From Prasinococcaceae sp. CCMP 1430 (Eukaryota; Plantae; Prasinodermophyta): a stretch of DNA of 26,585 nucleotides. Under the pieces are notes generated by a model, which saw only the letters and a list, made by a program, of their open reading frames with translations, searched no databases and was not told where the DNA came from. Positions 9,830 through 20,190 of this stretch are shown one piece after another. The stretch spans positions 205,074 to 231,658 of the forward strand of contig RQSC01000020.1 of assembly GCA_013416795.1 (NCBI GenBank), written 5' to 3'. Every line of letters starts with the position of its first letter. Positions within the stretch are counted from its first letter, which is position 1. The translations under genes were made by a program, and so were the position numbers.

Positions 9830-10656
9830 GCGCAGAGACAACCCCGTATCAAATCGAACGTGCCCGCACTCGTCACATTCGCACTCGTCAAAACGAACGT
9901 ACAGTACTCGTACGTGAGAAATGCAGTGCAAGCGCTCGCCACTGGTCAAATCGCATCGAAATTGGAAATTGATTGCCTTCGAACTCCAACGCATGTAATC
10001 TAATGACGTGGACGGGACTGACTTTCGTACGGTACACACAAACCTTCCACGGCAGTGGGATATTTGCCCGACAGCCAACAGGGCGCCGCCACGCGCGCGA
10101 AGCGCTGCGCAGCGGCAGCGCTGCGCTGCGGCACTGCGGCGCTGGCGGTGCGCCCCACAGGGCGCGCAGGGGGCGCGCTGGCCGCTCTCTCCACCCCCTC
10201 CCATCCCCTCCCCACGCGCGCCGCCCGCCCTCCCTCTCCCAGTGACGTCGTGCCAAAAGAGTGCCGTCGCCTTTCCCTCGTCGCCGCCTGCCTGCGCGCG
10301 CGCGCGCGCCGCTCGCAGCAGGCCGGCGCTCGCGGCCAGCCGCAGGCGGCGGGCAGCCGACGGCAGGCCACGACGGCGACGACGAAAGCGAGGAGCTAGA
10401 GCGCGCCGCCCCACACCCCGCCGCAGCCATTGCGGGCGCGGCTGCCCCCCGGGAGGGGCGACGCGCGGACCAAGGCGGCAACGCGCCGAAGAGGAGGCGG
10501 CAGCGTTCGCCCCCGGCCGCCTCCGACCGCGCCGCCATTCCCCGCCCCGCCGACCCATCCACCACCAGCGCGCGCCCACCACACGCCGTCCCCAACACCG
10601 CCACCACCGCCACCAACACCAGCGCCACCACCAACACGCCACCACCGTCCCTTGCC

Positions 10657-12825
10657 ATGGCGCCGGCCGCCGCGGCGAACACGCGCACGACGCACGCCAC
10701 CACCGCCACCGCCAGCACCAAGTGCACCCGCATCGCCACCAACGCACCAGCCAGCGCCAAGCAGCAGCAGCAGGCCCACCAACAAACCAGGTGGCTCGTC
10801 AACCAGAAGGAGGAGTGGGACGTCCCGCACCGGTACGTGCTCGAGCGCGCTCTGGGCTCGGGCTCGTACGGGACGGTGGTGGTCGCGCGCGACTCGGCGC
10901 GCGACGACCTGCCGGTGGCCATCAAGCGCATCGAGGGCGTGCAGGCGACCGCGCTCAACGCCAAGCGCGCGCTGCGCGAGCTGAGCATCCTGCGGCGCCT
11001 GGGCGCCGACGCCGAGGGCGCCAAATCCGTCGCGCTCTACGGTGCCTTCACGAGGCCCTCGCCCAAGGGGCCGTACGGCATGGTGCAGGGCGTGTTCAAG
11101 AGCAAAGGCGTCGACCTGTACATGGTGACGGAGCTGGCGACCGGCGGCGACCTGCTGTCGCTGCCGGGCATGCTCACGCACGCGCGCGTGCGCGAGATCC
11201 TCTCGGACATCCTGCAGGCGCTGCGCCTGCTGCACTCGATGTCCGTGTGGCACAGGGACATCAAGTCGTCCAACGTGCTGGTGTCCGAGGGGCGCGTCAT
11301 GGTCGCCGACTTCGGCCTGGCGCGCTCCGCGCGCCACGCCGCCGCCGAGGGCGGAGAGCTGGGGGAAGAGCTGGACATCGCCGACTACGAGCGCTCGCTG
11401 GCGCAGAAGAAGGGGGGCAGCGGCGGCAGGGGCTCGCCGCCGCCCCCCGGCCCGCCGGCGGCGCGCCCCCACGCGCCCGGCCGCGCCGCCGAACGCGCGC
11501 TCGGGCCCAACCGCCACCAACACCACTTCACCTCGGCGGTCGCCACGCCGTGCTACCGCGCGCCCGAGTGCGTGCTCTCGGAGGGATATTACACGGGCGC
11601 GATGGACGTGTGGGGCGCGGGCTGCATCTTCGCCGAGCTGCTCTCGCGCACCGCCGAGCCCGGCGCGAAGCCGCTCTTCACGCTGCCCCTCGGCTCGGCC
11701 ATGCCGGGCAGCAGCGAGGAGTACGCCTTCGGCGCGACCAAGGCCGGCCGCCGCCACGCGGAGCTCGACGCCATCTTCGGCGCCATCGGCGTGCCGCCGT
11801 GGCGCCAGCTGGAGGCCATCCGCAGCGAGCGCTGGCGCAACTTCCTGCGGCGGACGCCGGGGCGGCCGGGCGACCTGCGCCAGCGCTTCGCGCACGCGGG
11901 CTACCTGGCGGTGGACCTGCTGGAGCGCATGCTGGCGTTCGATCCCAAGCAGCGCCCGAGCGCTGAGGAGGCGCTCTCGCACGCCTTCTTCAGCGACGCG
12001 GCGCCCTCGCACGACAAGCAGTCCTTCCTGCCGCCGCTGCCCGTGCTCATGGACGACTCGCTCTGGGGGCACGACATGGGCCGCCCCCCCGACCTGCCCG
12101 AACCTGCCGCGTCGAGCGAGGAGCCCGCACTCTCGCAGCGGCAAGTCTCGCAACGGCGGTCTGGGCCGGCAAGAGGCGCGCCGAGCGCCGCGGCCGCCAC
12201 GACGGACGGCGACTCCGACGAGGCCATCGCGAGGCGCATGTACACCATTCGAGATCCGGCCGAGTTCTTGGGCACGCTGGAAGACCTGCTCGAGGCGCGG
12301 AGCGGCGAGAAGAACGCGAGCGAGCTGGTGCTCACGCTCATCGAGGCGGAGTGCGAGGCGGTCAACTTCGAGCAGCGCGGCTTCTTCTTCGGCAGGAAGC
12401 CGCTGTGGTGGAGTCGCGTCAAGGAGCGCGAGCGCGCCAAGCTGCGGGACGCGCGCTCGATGCCACCGCCGAGCTCGCAGGGAGCGCAAGGCAACGCGCC
12501 CCCCGCGCCCGCGCGCTCCCCCGCCGCTGGCGCCTCTCGAAAGGCTCGCGCTGCCGGCGCCATCGGGCGCCGCCACTTGACCGATTGGTCGACAGGTGAC
12601 GCCGTCCCCGGCTCGAGCGAGGCGTGGCGACAGATGCTCAAGCGGCAAGGGTCGGAGCGCCTGGGCCACGTGCAGGGAGGCGACGCATGCGACGAAACGG
12701 GGCGCGACGGCGCAGACAACGGCGGCACAAACGCGTCGACGTCGGACTGGGTGGATGGCTGGCCGCGGCTGACGCTTTCCGAGGTCACCGGCGACAGCGG
12801 CCGGTCGCCGCAGCGCCACGCGTGA
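10657..12825 (+). CDS. MAPK-like (CMGC) Ser/Thr kinase with atypical activation loop; start possibly further upstream
   Basis: YVLERALGSGSYGTVV, VAIKRI, LREL, HRDIKSSN, DFGLAR, TSAVATPCYRAPE, DVWGAGCIFAELL, DLLERMLAFDPKQRPSAEEALSHAFF. Confidence 0.9.
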   Translation: MAPAAAANTRTTHATTATASTKCTRIATNAPASAKQQQQAHQQTRWLVNQKEEWDVPHRYVLERALGSGSYGTVVVARDSARDDLPVAIKRIEGVQATALNAKRALRELSILRRLGADAEGAKSVALYGAFTRPSPKGPYGMVQGVFKSKGVDLYMVTELATGGDLLSLPGMLTHARVREILSDILQALRLLHSMSVWHRDIKSSNVLVSEGRVMVADFGLARSARHAAAEGGELGEELDIADYERSLAQKKGGSGGRGSPPPPGPPAARPHAPGRAAERALGPNRHQHHFTSAVATPCYRAPECVLSEGYYTGAMDVWGAGCIFAELLSRTAEPGAKPLFTLPLGSAMPGSSEEYAFGATKAGRRHAELDAIFGAIGVPPWRQLEAIRSERWRNFLRRTPGRPGDLRQRFAHAGYLAVDLLERMLAFDPKQRPSAEEALSHAFFSDAAPSHDKQSFLPPLPVLMDDSLWGHDMGRPPDLPEPAASSEEPALSQRQVSQRRSGPARGAPSAAAATTDGDSDEAIARRMYTIRDPAEFLGTLEDLLEARSGEKNASELVLTLIEAECEAVNFEQRGFFFGRKPLWWSRVKERERAKLRDARSMPPPSSQGAQGNAPPAPARSPAAGASRKARAAGAIGRRHLTDWSTGDAVPGSSEAWRQMLKRQGSERLGHVQGGDACDETGRDGADNGGTNASTSDWVDGWPRLTLSEVTGDSGRSPQRHA

Positions 12826-13079
12826 GCGACGAGCGCGCCATTTCTGACCGCGTCGCTTTCGCGCGTCGTCGCGTCCCCTTCCTCTAAAACTGTTGTCAGA
12901 CTTGTGTACCACAGTCATCACGCGCACTCCCTCCCATGCGCCGCGCTACAAGCGTCGCCGCCGCAGCTGCTGCAGCAAGCGCGCCGGCCGAGAAAACGCA
13001 TTATCCACATCATTATCAAAGTTCCTGCAGCAAGAGAGAGACGAAACCAGGGAGAGCCCACACACACCGCTCAAATGTC

Positions 13080-15635
13080 TCAAGAGCTCCTGCGCGCCTT
13101 CTTCGCCTTGGCTTTCTTGCCCGGCATCTGCGACGCCGAGGGCGCGCGCAAGCGCAGCAGGCCCCCGCCGGCGCCGCGTCGCACGGCGGCTGCGCCGCCC
13201 GCGCTGGCCAGCACCGGTGGCGACGGCGCCCCTCCGCCCTTGTCTCCTGCTGCAGGCACGTCGGCCGTCGCGCCACCGGCCGCCACGGAGTCGCGCGGCG
13301 CAGCGTCGGGCAGCGGGACCCCGAGCGCGCGGAACTGCTGGATCTCGTAGTCGTTCAGGTCGCCAGAGGGGCGGCTGCCACGGCCGGCGACGGACGGCGC
13401 CGACCGCTTCGATGACGATACGCGCACGTCGCCGAAGACGCTGCCCCTGCTGCCGGCGTTGCCGTTCTTGGGCGAGAGGAACGAGAGCTTGCGCTGTCCC
13501 GCCTGGCGCGGCGCCTCCTGTTGCCAGGGCGTCCACACCCGCACTCGTTCGCCGCTCTCGGGGTTTATCGCGCCCCGAGCAATGTCGCGCCACCTTCCCG
13601 CGTCGTCGGCGGCATCCCCGCGCGCGATGCGCCGGTCGTCGTCCGCGACCGATATGCCGAGCGCCATGCGCCACTGTATGCCGTTGGCGCCCCCGCCACT
13701 CCCGCCAGACGGCTGGCTCTGCGCCTGCGCCTGCGGCTCGGGCCCTGTTCTGCGCTCCATGCGCGCGACCGACGCGAGGAAGCCCATCGGAGATGCCTCG
13801 GCGCTGGCGCCTCCACCGCCGCACTCCCCGCCGACGTCCCCTCCTCGGTGGCGCTGCTGCACGTGCGCGCGCTCCTGCTCGATTTTAGTCACGAGCTCCC
13901 GATCGAGGTCGGTCAGCGGCGCCACCCTCTCCTCGTGCGCCTTCCACACGTGCATGTGTGAAAACGCAGCGAAAGAGACGCGACACCGCTGCGCGAAGCC
14001 CGGCGGCAGCGCATGCTTCTTGCGCGCGGCCTCGGCGACCACCACCGCAAGCGCGCGGTCGAAGGATCGGTACTTCGCGAGCAGCGCGTGGGCCCTCTTG
14101 AGGCCCCACCCTGGTGCCGAATCCACGAAATCGCACCCCGACAGCACGCACATGCCGCGGAACATCTCCTCGGTCCATCCGAAGAAGGAGACCTCGGAGC
14201 CCTTGCCGCCACTGCCACCCCCGCGGCTGCCGGGCCTGCTCGGGTTGCCGGCGCGGCTGCCGGGCCTGCTCGGGTTGCCGGCGCGGCTGCCGGGCCTGCT
14301 CGTTGGCGCTGAGCCCCCACCAGTGCTGGGCAGCGACTGCGAGCTATACTGCGACGCTTGGCGCACCTGGGATCCTCCAGCCTGCTGCTCTTGCAGTTGC
14401 TGCTGCTGCTGCTGTTCCTGTTCCACTTCGTGTGCGCGCTGCTGCTGGGCCCGCTGCTGCATGCCGAGCAAGTGCTGGTTGCACGCGCGGAGCGTCGGGC
14501 GCTCGCCCCCCCGCGGATCGTCCCCATCGCGCGGCGCGGTGGCCCGGTGCAGCCGCTCGAGCTCATCGCACACTTGTTGGCCGTCCGCCAGCGCGCGAGC
14601 GCGCGCCTCGAGCACAATGGGCGACTCGGGCACGGCGGGGGGAGCTTGACCCGCCCGCGGCGCGCCCGCCCCGGCCGCCGCAGCCGCCGGCTCGGGCGGG
14701 GGCGTGCCGGCACCACCAGCGCCACCGCCGCCGCTGCCACCGCAGTTTGCTCGCGCTGCCCCCACCATGGCATTCGTGGCGCGTCCGTCGGCGACGTGCC
14801 ACGCCGGTGCCGCGGCGAGCACGTTGCGCACGTCCACTGCGAGCGCGTTGCCTGACTCGTCGAACTTGAAGAGCACGTCGCACGGCGCGCCGTACACCAG
14901 CAGGTCCGAGTCCTCCGTGATGATGGCATGCACGCCATCGGCGTGGCCTGCCGCGCCGCGCCGCGCGAGGTGCGCCAGCTGGGCGTCGGCCTCGTACGGC
15001 GCGACGACGAAGTCCACCGGCGCGCCGTCGCACAGGCCGGGCCCCTTGCCGCAGAGCTTCCCCCGGCGCAGGCACGCGATGAGCTCGTCGGTCATTTGGC
15101 GCCGACCGCGCACGGCGCGCTGCGCGAATTCCTCGGCGCGGCGCCGATCGCCGCGCGCGAGCGCCTCCTCGCACTCGCGCTCCGCCCTGCGCTTGGCCTC
15201 CTGGCGCTTCTCGCACGTGCCCTCCTTGAGCGCGTGCGCTCGTCCGTCGAACACGAACACCGGCTCGACTGCGCGCGCGCGTCAGCGCGTCAGCGAGTCA
15301 GCGCGGCGCCTGCGCGATCGCAGAGGTTGCGGCCCGCGCCTGGCGCCCGCGCTCGCGCCCGCGCCTGGCGCCCGCGCCTGGCGCCGCGCACCTCCGAAGT
15401 ACCTGAGCAGCGCCACGCGCTTCATGCAGTACGTGATGTATGGCGGCGGCCGCGCCCCGCGCTGCTCGTGCCAGAAGCGCATGCCCTTGCCCTCGAAGAG
15501 CTCGAGCGCGCACGAGTACGCGGCCTTGTACAGCCAGCAGGACGCGTCGATCGCCACGCGCCGCCCGCTGTACTCGCGCGCGTGCGCCCGCCGCGTGTCG
15601 GCCGACAGCAGCGGCAGCAGCCCCGAGATGCCCAT
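13080..15635 (-). CDS. EXO1: Exonuclease 1 (XPG/FEN1 family); intron 15269-15391
   Basis: MGISGLLPLL..VAIDASCWLYKAAYSCA / GVEPVFVFDG (after an in-phase splice) / VAPYEADAQLAHL / IITEDSDLLVYG / MCVLSGCDF..PGWGLKRA. Confidence 0.92.
14223..14302 (-). repeat. 30-nt coding tandem repeat (~2.7 copies) encoding SRPGSRAGNP in EXO1
   Basis: gcggctgccgggcctgctcgggttgccggc occurs as two exact copies plus a partial third. Confidence 0.9.
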
Positions 15636-15877
15636 GCTCTCGCTCTTGGCGCGCCCTTGGGGAGGCCCCGCCGGCCCGCGCGGCCCGCCGAGCGCCCGCC
15701 ATCGGCCCGCGGGGGTGGGGCGCCCCGCCCCGCCCCCCGGGGCCAGCGGCCCTGCGCGCGCGCGCGCTCTGTGGCGCTGCACCGCGCACCGAACGCACCC
15801 TTTTTCGAACTCGAACTGCGCAGCGCACACACGCATTCGTAGCGACTTCAGTACATACACGAGGAGAGAAGAAGTGT

Positions 15878-15913
15878 TAACCCTACATATTTACCCTAAA
15901 CACTGAACCCTAA
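15878..15913. promoter_or_regulatory. Telo-box-like cluster in the EXO1/PrmA divergent promoter
   Basis: TAACCCTA, ACCCTAAA and AACCCTAA lie within 36 nt of AT-rich DNA. Confidence 0.5.
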
Positions 15914-17045
15914 TGCGAGAGCGGGCTGTTGGCGCTGTGCGCAGGCACTGTGTGCCGCTGCTGCGCTGCCGGGTGGGGGGGTGAGGGGGGTGGGGGGGTG
16001 GGGGTGGGGGATGGGTGGAGTCACACCGCGCGCGCTCTGCGGGCGCGCGTCGCCCCTCGCTCCACTTCGTTCCACTTTTCCCTCTTCCCGACTCCCTCGC
16101 GCAGGTGCTCTCCCCCGGCAGCCCTCCTCGAAGCGGTCCTCGGCTCCTCCTCTGCTGGGACGGGGGGAGGGAGGGGGACAGGGGTGCCTGCGAGGCGCGA
16201 GGGCCGAGCGCCGCCGCGCGGCGCGGGAGCGCCGGGGGACGGCCTGCCGGCCGCGCCTTACGACAGGGGAGGGNGCCTGCTCGAGCGCAGAGACGCGCGC
16301 GCGCGCGCGCGTGTGCACGCATCTGCGGGCCATCGCTCTCTCTTTCGTGCGTGCGCATGCGAGCGCGTGCTTACGCACGCTCGCACGCCGCCACGCGCGC
16401 CCCCGCCCACCCTGTGCGCGCCCGCCCGCCCGCCGCGCAGGCCGCGTGGTCATCAGCATCGACGAGGGCGACGCGTGGGGCACGAGCGAGCACCCGACGA
16501 CGCGGCTGGTCCTGCGCTACCTTGTGGATAATCTGTCGGGCGGCGAGAGCGTGCTGGATTTCGGCTGCGGCACGGGCGTGCTCGCCGTCGCGGCGGCGGC
16601 GCTCGGCGCGGACGTCGCCACCGGCGTGGACATCGTGTATGAGGCGGTCGTGGCGGCCAACGAGAACGCCGCCGCCAACGCGCTGCCGCCCGAGCGCGTG
16701 ATCGCGTGCTCCAACTCCGACCTTCCCTACCTGTCGGTCGTCAGGCCGGCCAAGTACGACGTCACCCTGTCCAACATGCTCTTCAACGAGCAGCGCAACC
16801 TGCTGGCGGAGCTCGCGGCGCTCACGCGCGAGGGGGGGCGCCTCTGCGTGAGCGGCCTCATCGAAGAGGACCTCGCGACCTGCGTCAGCGAGTACGGCGA
16901 GTTCTTCGACTTCGAACTCGACGAGCGCGGCGTGGCCGTGCACACGCGCGAGGAGGGCGCGCCCTGGGTGGCGCTGGTGGGCGTGCGCAACGCGCGCGAG
17001 GTCTCGGAGTGCGTGGAGGACCTCAGCGAGGCCGCCGTCAGCTAG
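15913..17045 (+). CDS. PrmA-like (ribosomal protein L11-type) SAM methyltransferase; main exon 16441-17045, putative exons 15913-15972 and 16105-16183
   Basis: DEGDAWGTSEHPTT, VLDFGCGTGVLAVAA, GVDI, YDVTLSNML, GGRLCVSGL, WVAL. The 5' exons are inferred only from splice phase. Confidence 0.8.
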
Positions 17046-17049
17046 CTAG

Positions 17050-19096
17050 GGCTCGGGGGCGGTGCAGGTGCGCAGCGCGCTGCGGTCGCTGGAGGCGTAT
17101 GTCGAGGCGCTGGAGAACCGCGTGGCCGCGCGCTTCGACGAGGCGCGCGAGCAGAACGATGTCGAGTCGATGCGCGTGGCTGCCGTCGCGGCGGCCGACT
17201 TCGGTGCGTGCGAGCGCCTCGCGCGCCGGTACGTCGCGAGCTGCCCCATGTTCATCGACGCCGCCGTGTTGGAGCAGGACATGAAGAGCGCCCGCGCAGG
17301 GCCAGGTGCGCAGGGTCTGCGGCCGACCTTCCGCGACATCATGGACACAGCCACCAAGGACGCGGTCACTATCGAGGCGGTGTTCCCCGACGCGGCGAGC
17401 GCGAAGGAGGCCTACCTCACGCGCGTGCTCGAGCAGCGGGTGGGCGGCTTGCTTGAGGTCCTGCTGCTCGACGCCCACGATGGCGCGCTGCCGATAGCGG
17501 CGGACGGAGCGACGTCAGGCAAGTTCGGCCGGATGTCAACGTTCGCGGCGCAGGTGAGCGATGCAGACAAGGTGCTGGCGGGAGGGGGCAGTGGCTCGGC
17601 GTACATCCGCACGCTGGCTTCGGCGCATGAGATGACGCTGGAGCTCGCCAAGCAGCTGGCCGAGTCTGGGGCCGCAGGCTCGCTCGATGCCGTCGGCCTT
17701 GCGGCGTCGCTCTTTCACGAACGCAGGGGAGGGTACGTGGACGACGAGATCTCGTCGCTGCTGCGGTTGAGTGCGGATGCACAGGCGGTCAGGGAGGACT
17801 CGGAGAGCGTCGGGCCTGCTGGCAATAGGGACCTCGTCGCGCGCGCCAAGCAGACCGTCGCGTGGCATCGCGATGCCTGCGCGCGCTGCGAGTCTGTATT
17901 GCGCTCGGAAGTTTCCGCCACGCGCGCCTCGGCGGGAATGCGCCTGCTCGAACTCTTCCTCGAACAGACGTGCGGCATCGCCACGCAGGTCGCCGGCGCT
18001 GCGGCCGAGCACGGCCGGGCGCAGTGCGAAGCCCTGGACAGGGCCGACAGGAGCGGCAGCTTTACGTGCGTTTGCGCGCCCTGCTGCTCACGCGGCGCGT
18101 TGGCTTAGACGCGGGCGCGCGCGTCCAGTGCGAGCGCCGGCGCGCCTTGCGCTGACCGATGCGCGCCCTTCTCTCTCCAACCATGCGCGGAAAACCTGGC
18201 GCTATCACCACAACGCGCGCAGTTCCAACGTCGCCGGTGCCAATGACTTCCCCCCTGGTGACCTGCGCGGCCTCGGGGCGCTGCTGAGTGTTGTAGAGGG
18301 CGCACAGGCGGTCGCCTCTGAGAGCGCGGCGCACGTTTCGACGGCATTACTGCCGCTCATACCGCAGCGCAGCGGAGAGGCCGGCGATGCCGAGAGCATG
18401 CTTGCGAGGGCGTCAAGCCAGCTGCAGACTGCATGCCTCGCGGTGCTGCAGCAGGCTACGTGCCTCGCGTGCGCCCACGCACGCGCTCTGCTCAAAAGCC
18501 TCCAAGAGCCGACGGACTTCTGCCCCGAAGGCGATGACGTGCTCGAGGCCAAGCCCACCGAGGCGTGCGAGTGCGTGGTGGCGGCTCTGCGAGAGGTCGC
18601 GGCCCTCGCCGCGGGTTCTCTCCGGGAGGACGGGGAGCGCAAGCAGCAGCGTTCGCAAGCGCAGCACCAGCACCAGCTGTCGCCGCTACAGCACTCGCAG
18701 CACGGACACGACGGCGACGCGCCCACCACAAACTTTGGCCGCTTCATGGCGGCCGTGGGAACGGGCATCGCTGCGGCGCTCGAGGAGCACATCTTTGGCG
18801 GGTCGCGTGGATCATTCTCGGCGCTGGGCGCCGTGCGTCTGCGTCGCGACCTCAACGAGTACGCGTGCGCCGCGCGTGACACCCACGCCCACGCTTTCGC
18901 CGCTACTGCGGACTCGCTCGGCGAGCGCGCCACTCTGCTGGTGGTATCGCCAGGCTCGGTGGCCGCACTTCTCAGGGGCGAACTTCGCGGGGTGGTCACG
19001 CCGGTCGAGGCGCAGAAGGTGCTCAAGCTGCGCGAGGACGCGCGCTCTACCAGCATGGCCGCTGCGCTACGTGAGATCGCGATGCTCGAGAGGTGA
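17050..19096 (+). CDS. SEC10: Exocyst subunit SEC10/EXOC5, 3' portion only (N-terminal ~250 aa absent); intron 18066-18222
   Basis: LEAYVEALENRVAARFD, YVASCPMFID, AVFP...RVLEQRV, YIRTLASAHEMTLELAKQL and GAVRLRRDLNEY..LKLRED align with the plant SEC10 middle and C-terminus. An in-frame TAG lies at 17047-17049. Confidence 0.88.
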
Positions 19097-19106
19097 GTGC
19101 CGCGCA

Positions 19107-19130
19107 TGTAACAAATGTACATCGATTACA
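19107..19130. terminator. Back-to-back TGTAA poly(A) signals for the convergent SEC10 (+) and LTO1-like (-) genes
   Basis: TGTAA occurs on + at 19107-19111 and on - at 19126-19130. It also lies downstream of GNAT (3197), TPM (8871), TBL (21746) and BT1 (24271). UGUAA is the known chlorophyte signal. Confidence 0.65.
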
Positions 19131-19404
19131 ACGTGGCGATCCCGCTGGCATTGACGCGAGGCGAAGCGGCTGCGGCGCGCCCGAGAGAGTCAGCGCGTCG
19201 CAGCACGCGCGTGCGCCGCAGAGCGATGCGGCGGCGCCGCCTCGGCATTGCAGAATGGCAAGTCGTCAGGGGGCGAGAACGCCCTTGGAAGAAATAAACG
19301 TAGTGAATGCCATGTCGTCAGGGGCAGCGCGCGCGCGGGGAGCGCCGAGCGCTTTGGCCGGCGGCTACCGCGCGCGCACGCACCCTCCTCGCCTCCGACC
19401 GCAT

Positions 19405-19914
19405 TCAGAACGACGCGCGCTCCTCCGCGCCGCCGATTTCAGCGCGCACCGGCGGCTGCACCGCGTCGGCCTGCACGCCGAAGGCTGCGACGGCCTGCCG
19501 GAAGCGCCCGCGGCAGTCCGCCAGCCGGTCGTGCAGCGATGCGTCCGTCGCCTCCATCGGCAGCGCGCGCAGTGCAGCCTCCAGAGCGGCGAGCGCCGCC
19601 TTCTGCCGGGGTGGCTGGCGCGGGCGCTTGGGACTCGAGCTGCTGTCACCATTGGCATCGGCATCTGCCTTGGCGAGCAGCAGCTCCCTCCACACGCGCG
19701 CGCAGCCGGCATAGAACCCCACCTCGTGGCCGTACGCGAAGCCTGCCTCGGCACCCGCTCGCGCGCCCTCGGCGCGCGAGTCGGCCGCCGCCGCCGCCTC
19801 CCCCTCGGCGTAGCCGGCAGCCATCTCGGCATCCTCGAGGTCGAGCACAGCGTCGAGCGAACCGCTCGGCGCGTCCCCTGCGAGCGCGAGCTCGTCCACC
19901 TCGTCGAATGACAT
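19405..19914 (-). CDS. LTO1/ORAOV1 (Yae1_N-domain) protein; upstream exon ~20388-20556 joined through intron 19938-20387
   Basis: LDAVLDLEDAEMAAGYAEG...GAEAGFAYGHEVGFYAGCARVW and LHDRLADCRGRFRQ are typical of the Yae1/Lto1 deca-GX3 family. Confidence 0.8.
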   Translation of the reverse strand: MSFDEVDELALAGDAPSGSLDAVLDLEDAEMAAGYAEGEAAAAADSRAEGARAGAEAGFAYGHEVGFYAGCARVWRELLLAKADADANGDSSSSPKRPRQPPRQKAALAALEAALRALPMEATDASLHDRLADCRGRFRQAVAAFGVQADAVQPPVRAEIGGAEERASF

Positions 19915-20023
19915 GTCGATCTCGTGGGCACCCACTGCTGCGGCGCGGCGCGCGCGCCCGTCAGCGGCGGCGCGCTCAGCCAGCGCGGCGCAGCTGCACC
20001 GCACGCGCCGCGCGGCGCGGTAT

Positions 20024-20190
20024 GAATGTCGGACCGATAAGTGGCCCGCGGCGGCACGGGGCCCGAGGGCGTCCTCTCCGCCGCGGGATGGAAGTCGGGT
20101 TCCGTGACTATGTACGCGGGATGCATACCCGGCCAGCAGACGAGGGCCGCGAGGGCACCTCACCGAGGCCAGAACTAAAATCCCGCGGTC
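20024..20190 (-). ncRNA. Box H/ACA snoRNA (two hairpins), intronic in the LTO1-like gene
   Basis: Two hairpins each have an internal pocket and an ACA about 15 nt below the upper stem (ACA at 20111-20113 and 20027-20029). The 3' pocket (CUUCCAU / CCACUU) fits plant-type LSU rRNA GGUGG-UC-AUGGAAG. Confidence 0.7.

Noticed and set aside
8805-9917. Many long Arg/Ala/Pro-rich ORFs in the track (e.g. 8805-9917, 10396-12927, 5357-6652)
   Set aside because: These are antisense or off-frame shadows caused by stop-codon scarcity at very high GC.
14223-14302. CRISPR-like direct repeats
   Set aside because: The units are contiguous without spacers, lie in frame in EXO1, and the context is eukaryotic.
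15269-15391. Introner-type repeated intron family
   Set aside because: The window's introns share only splice signals and (GC)n tracts, not extended sequence identity.
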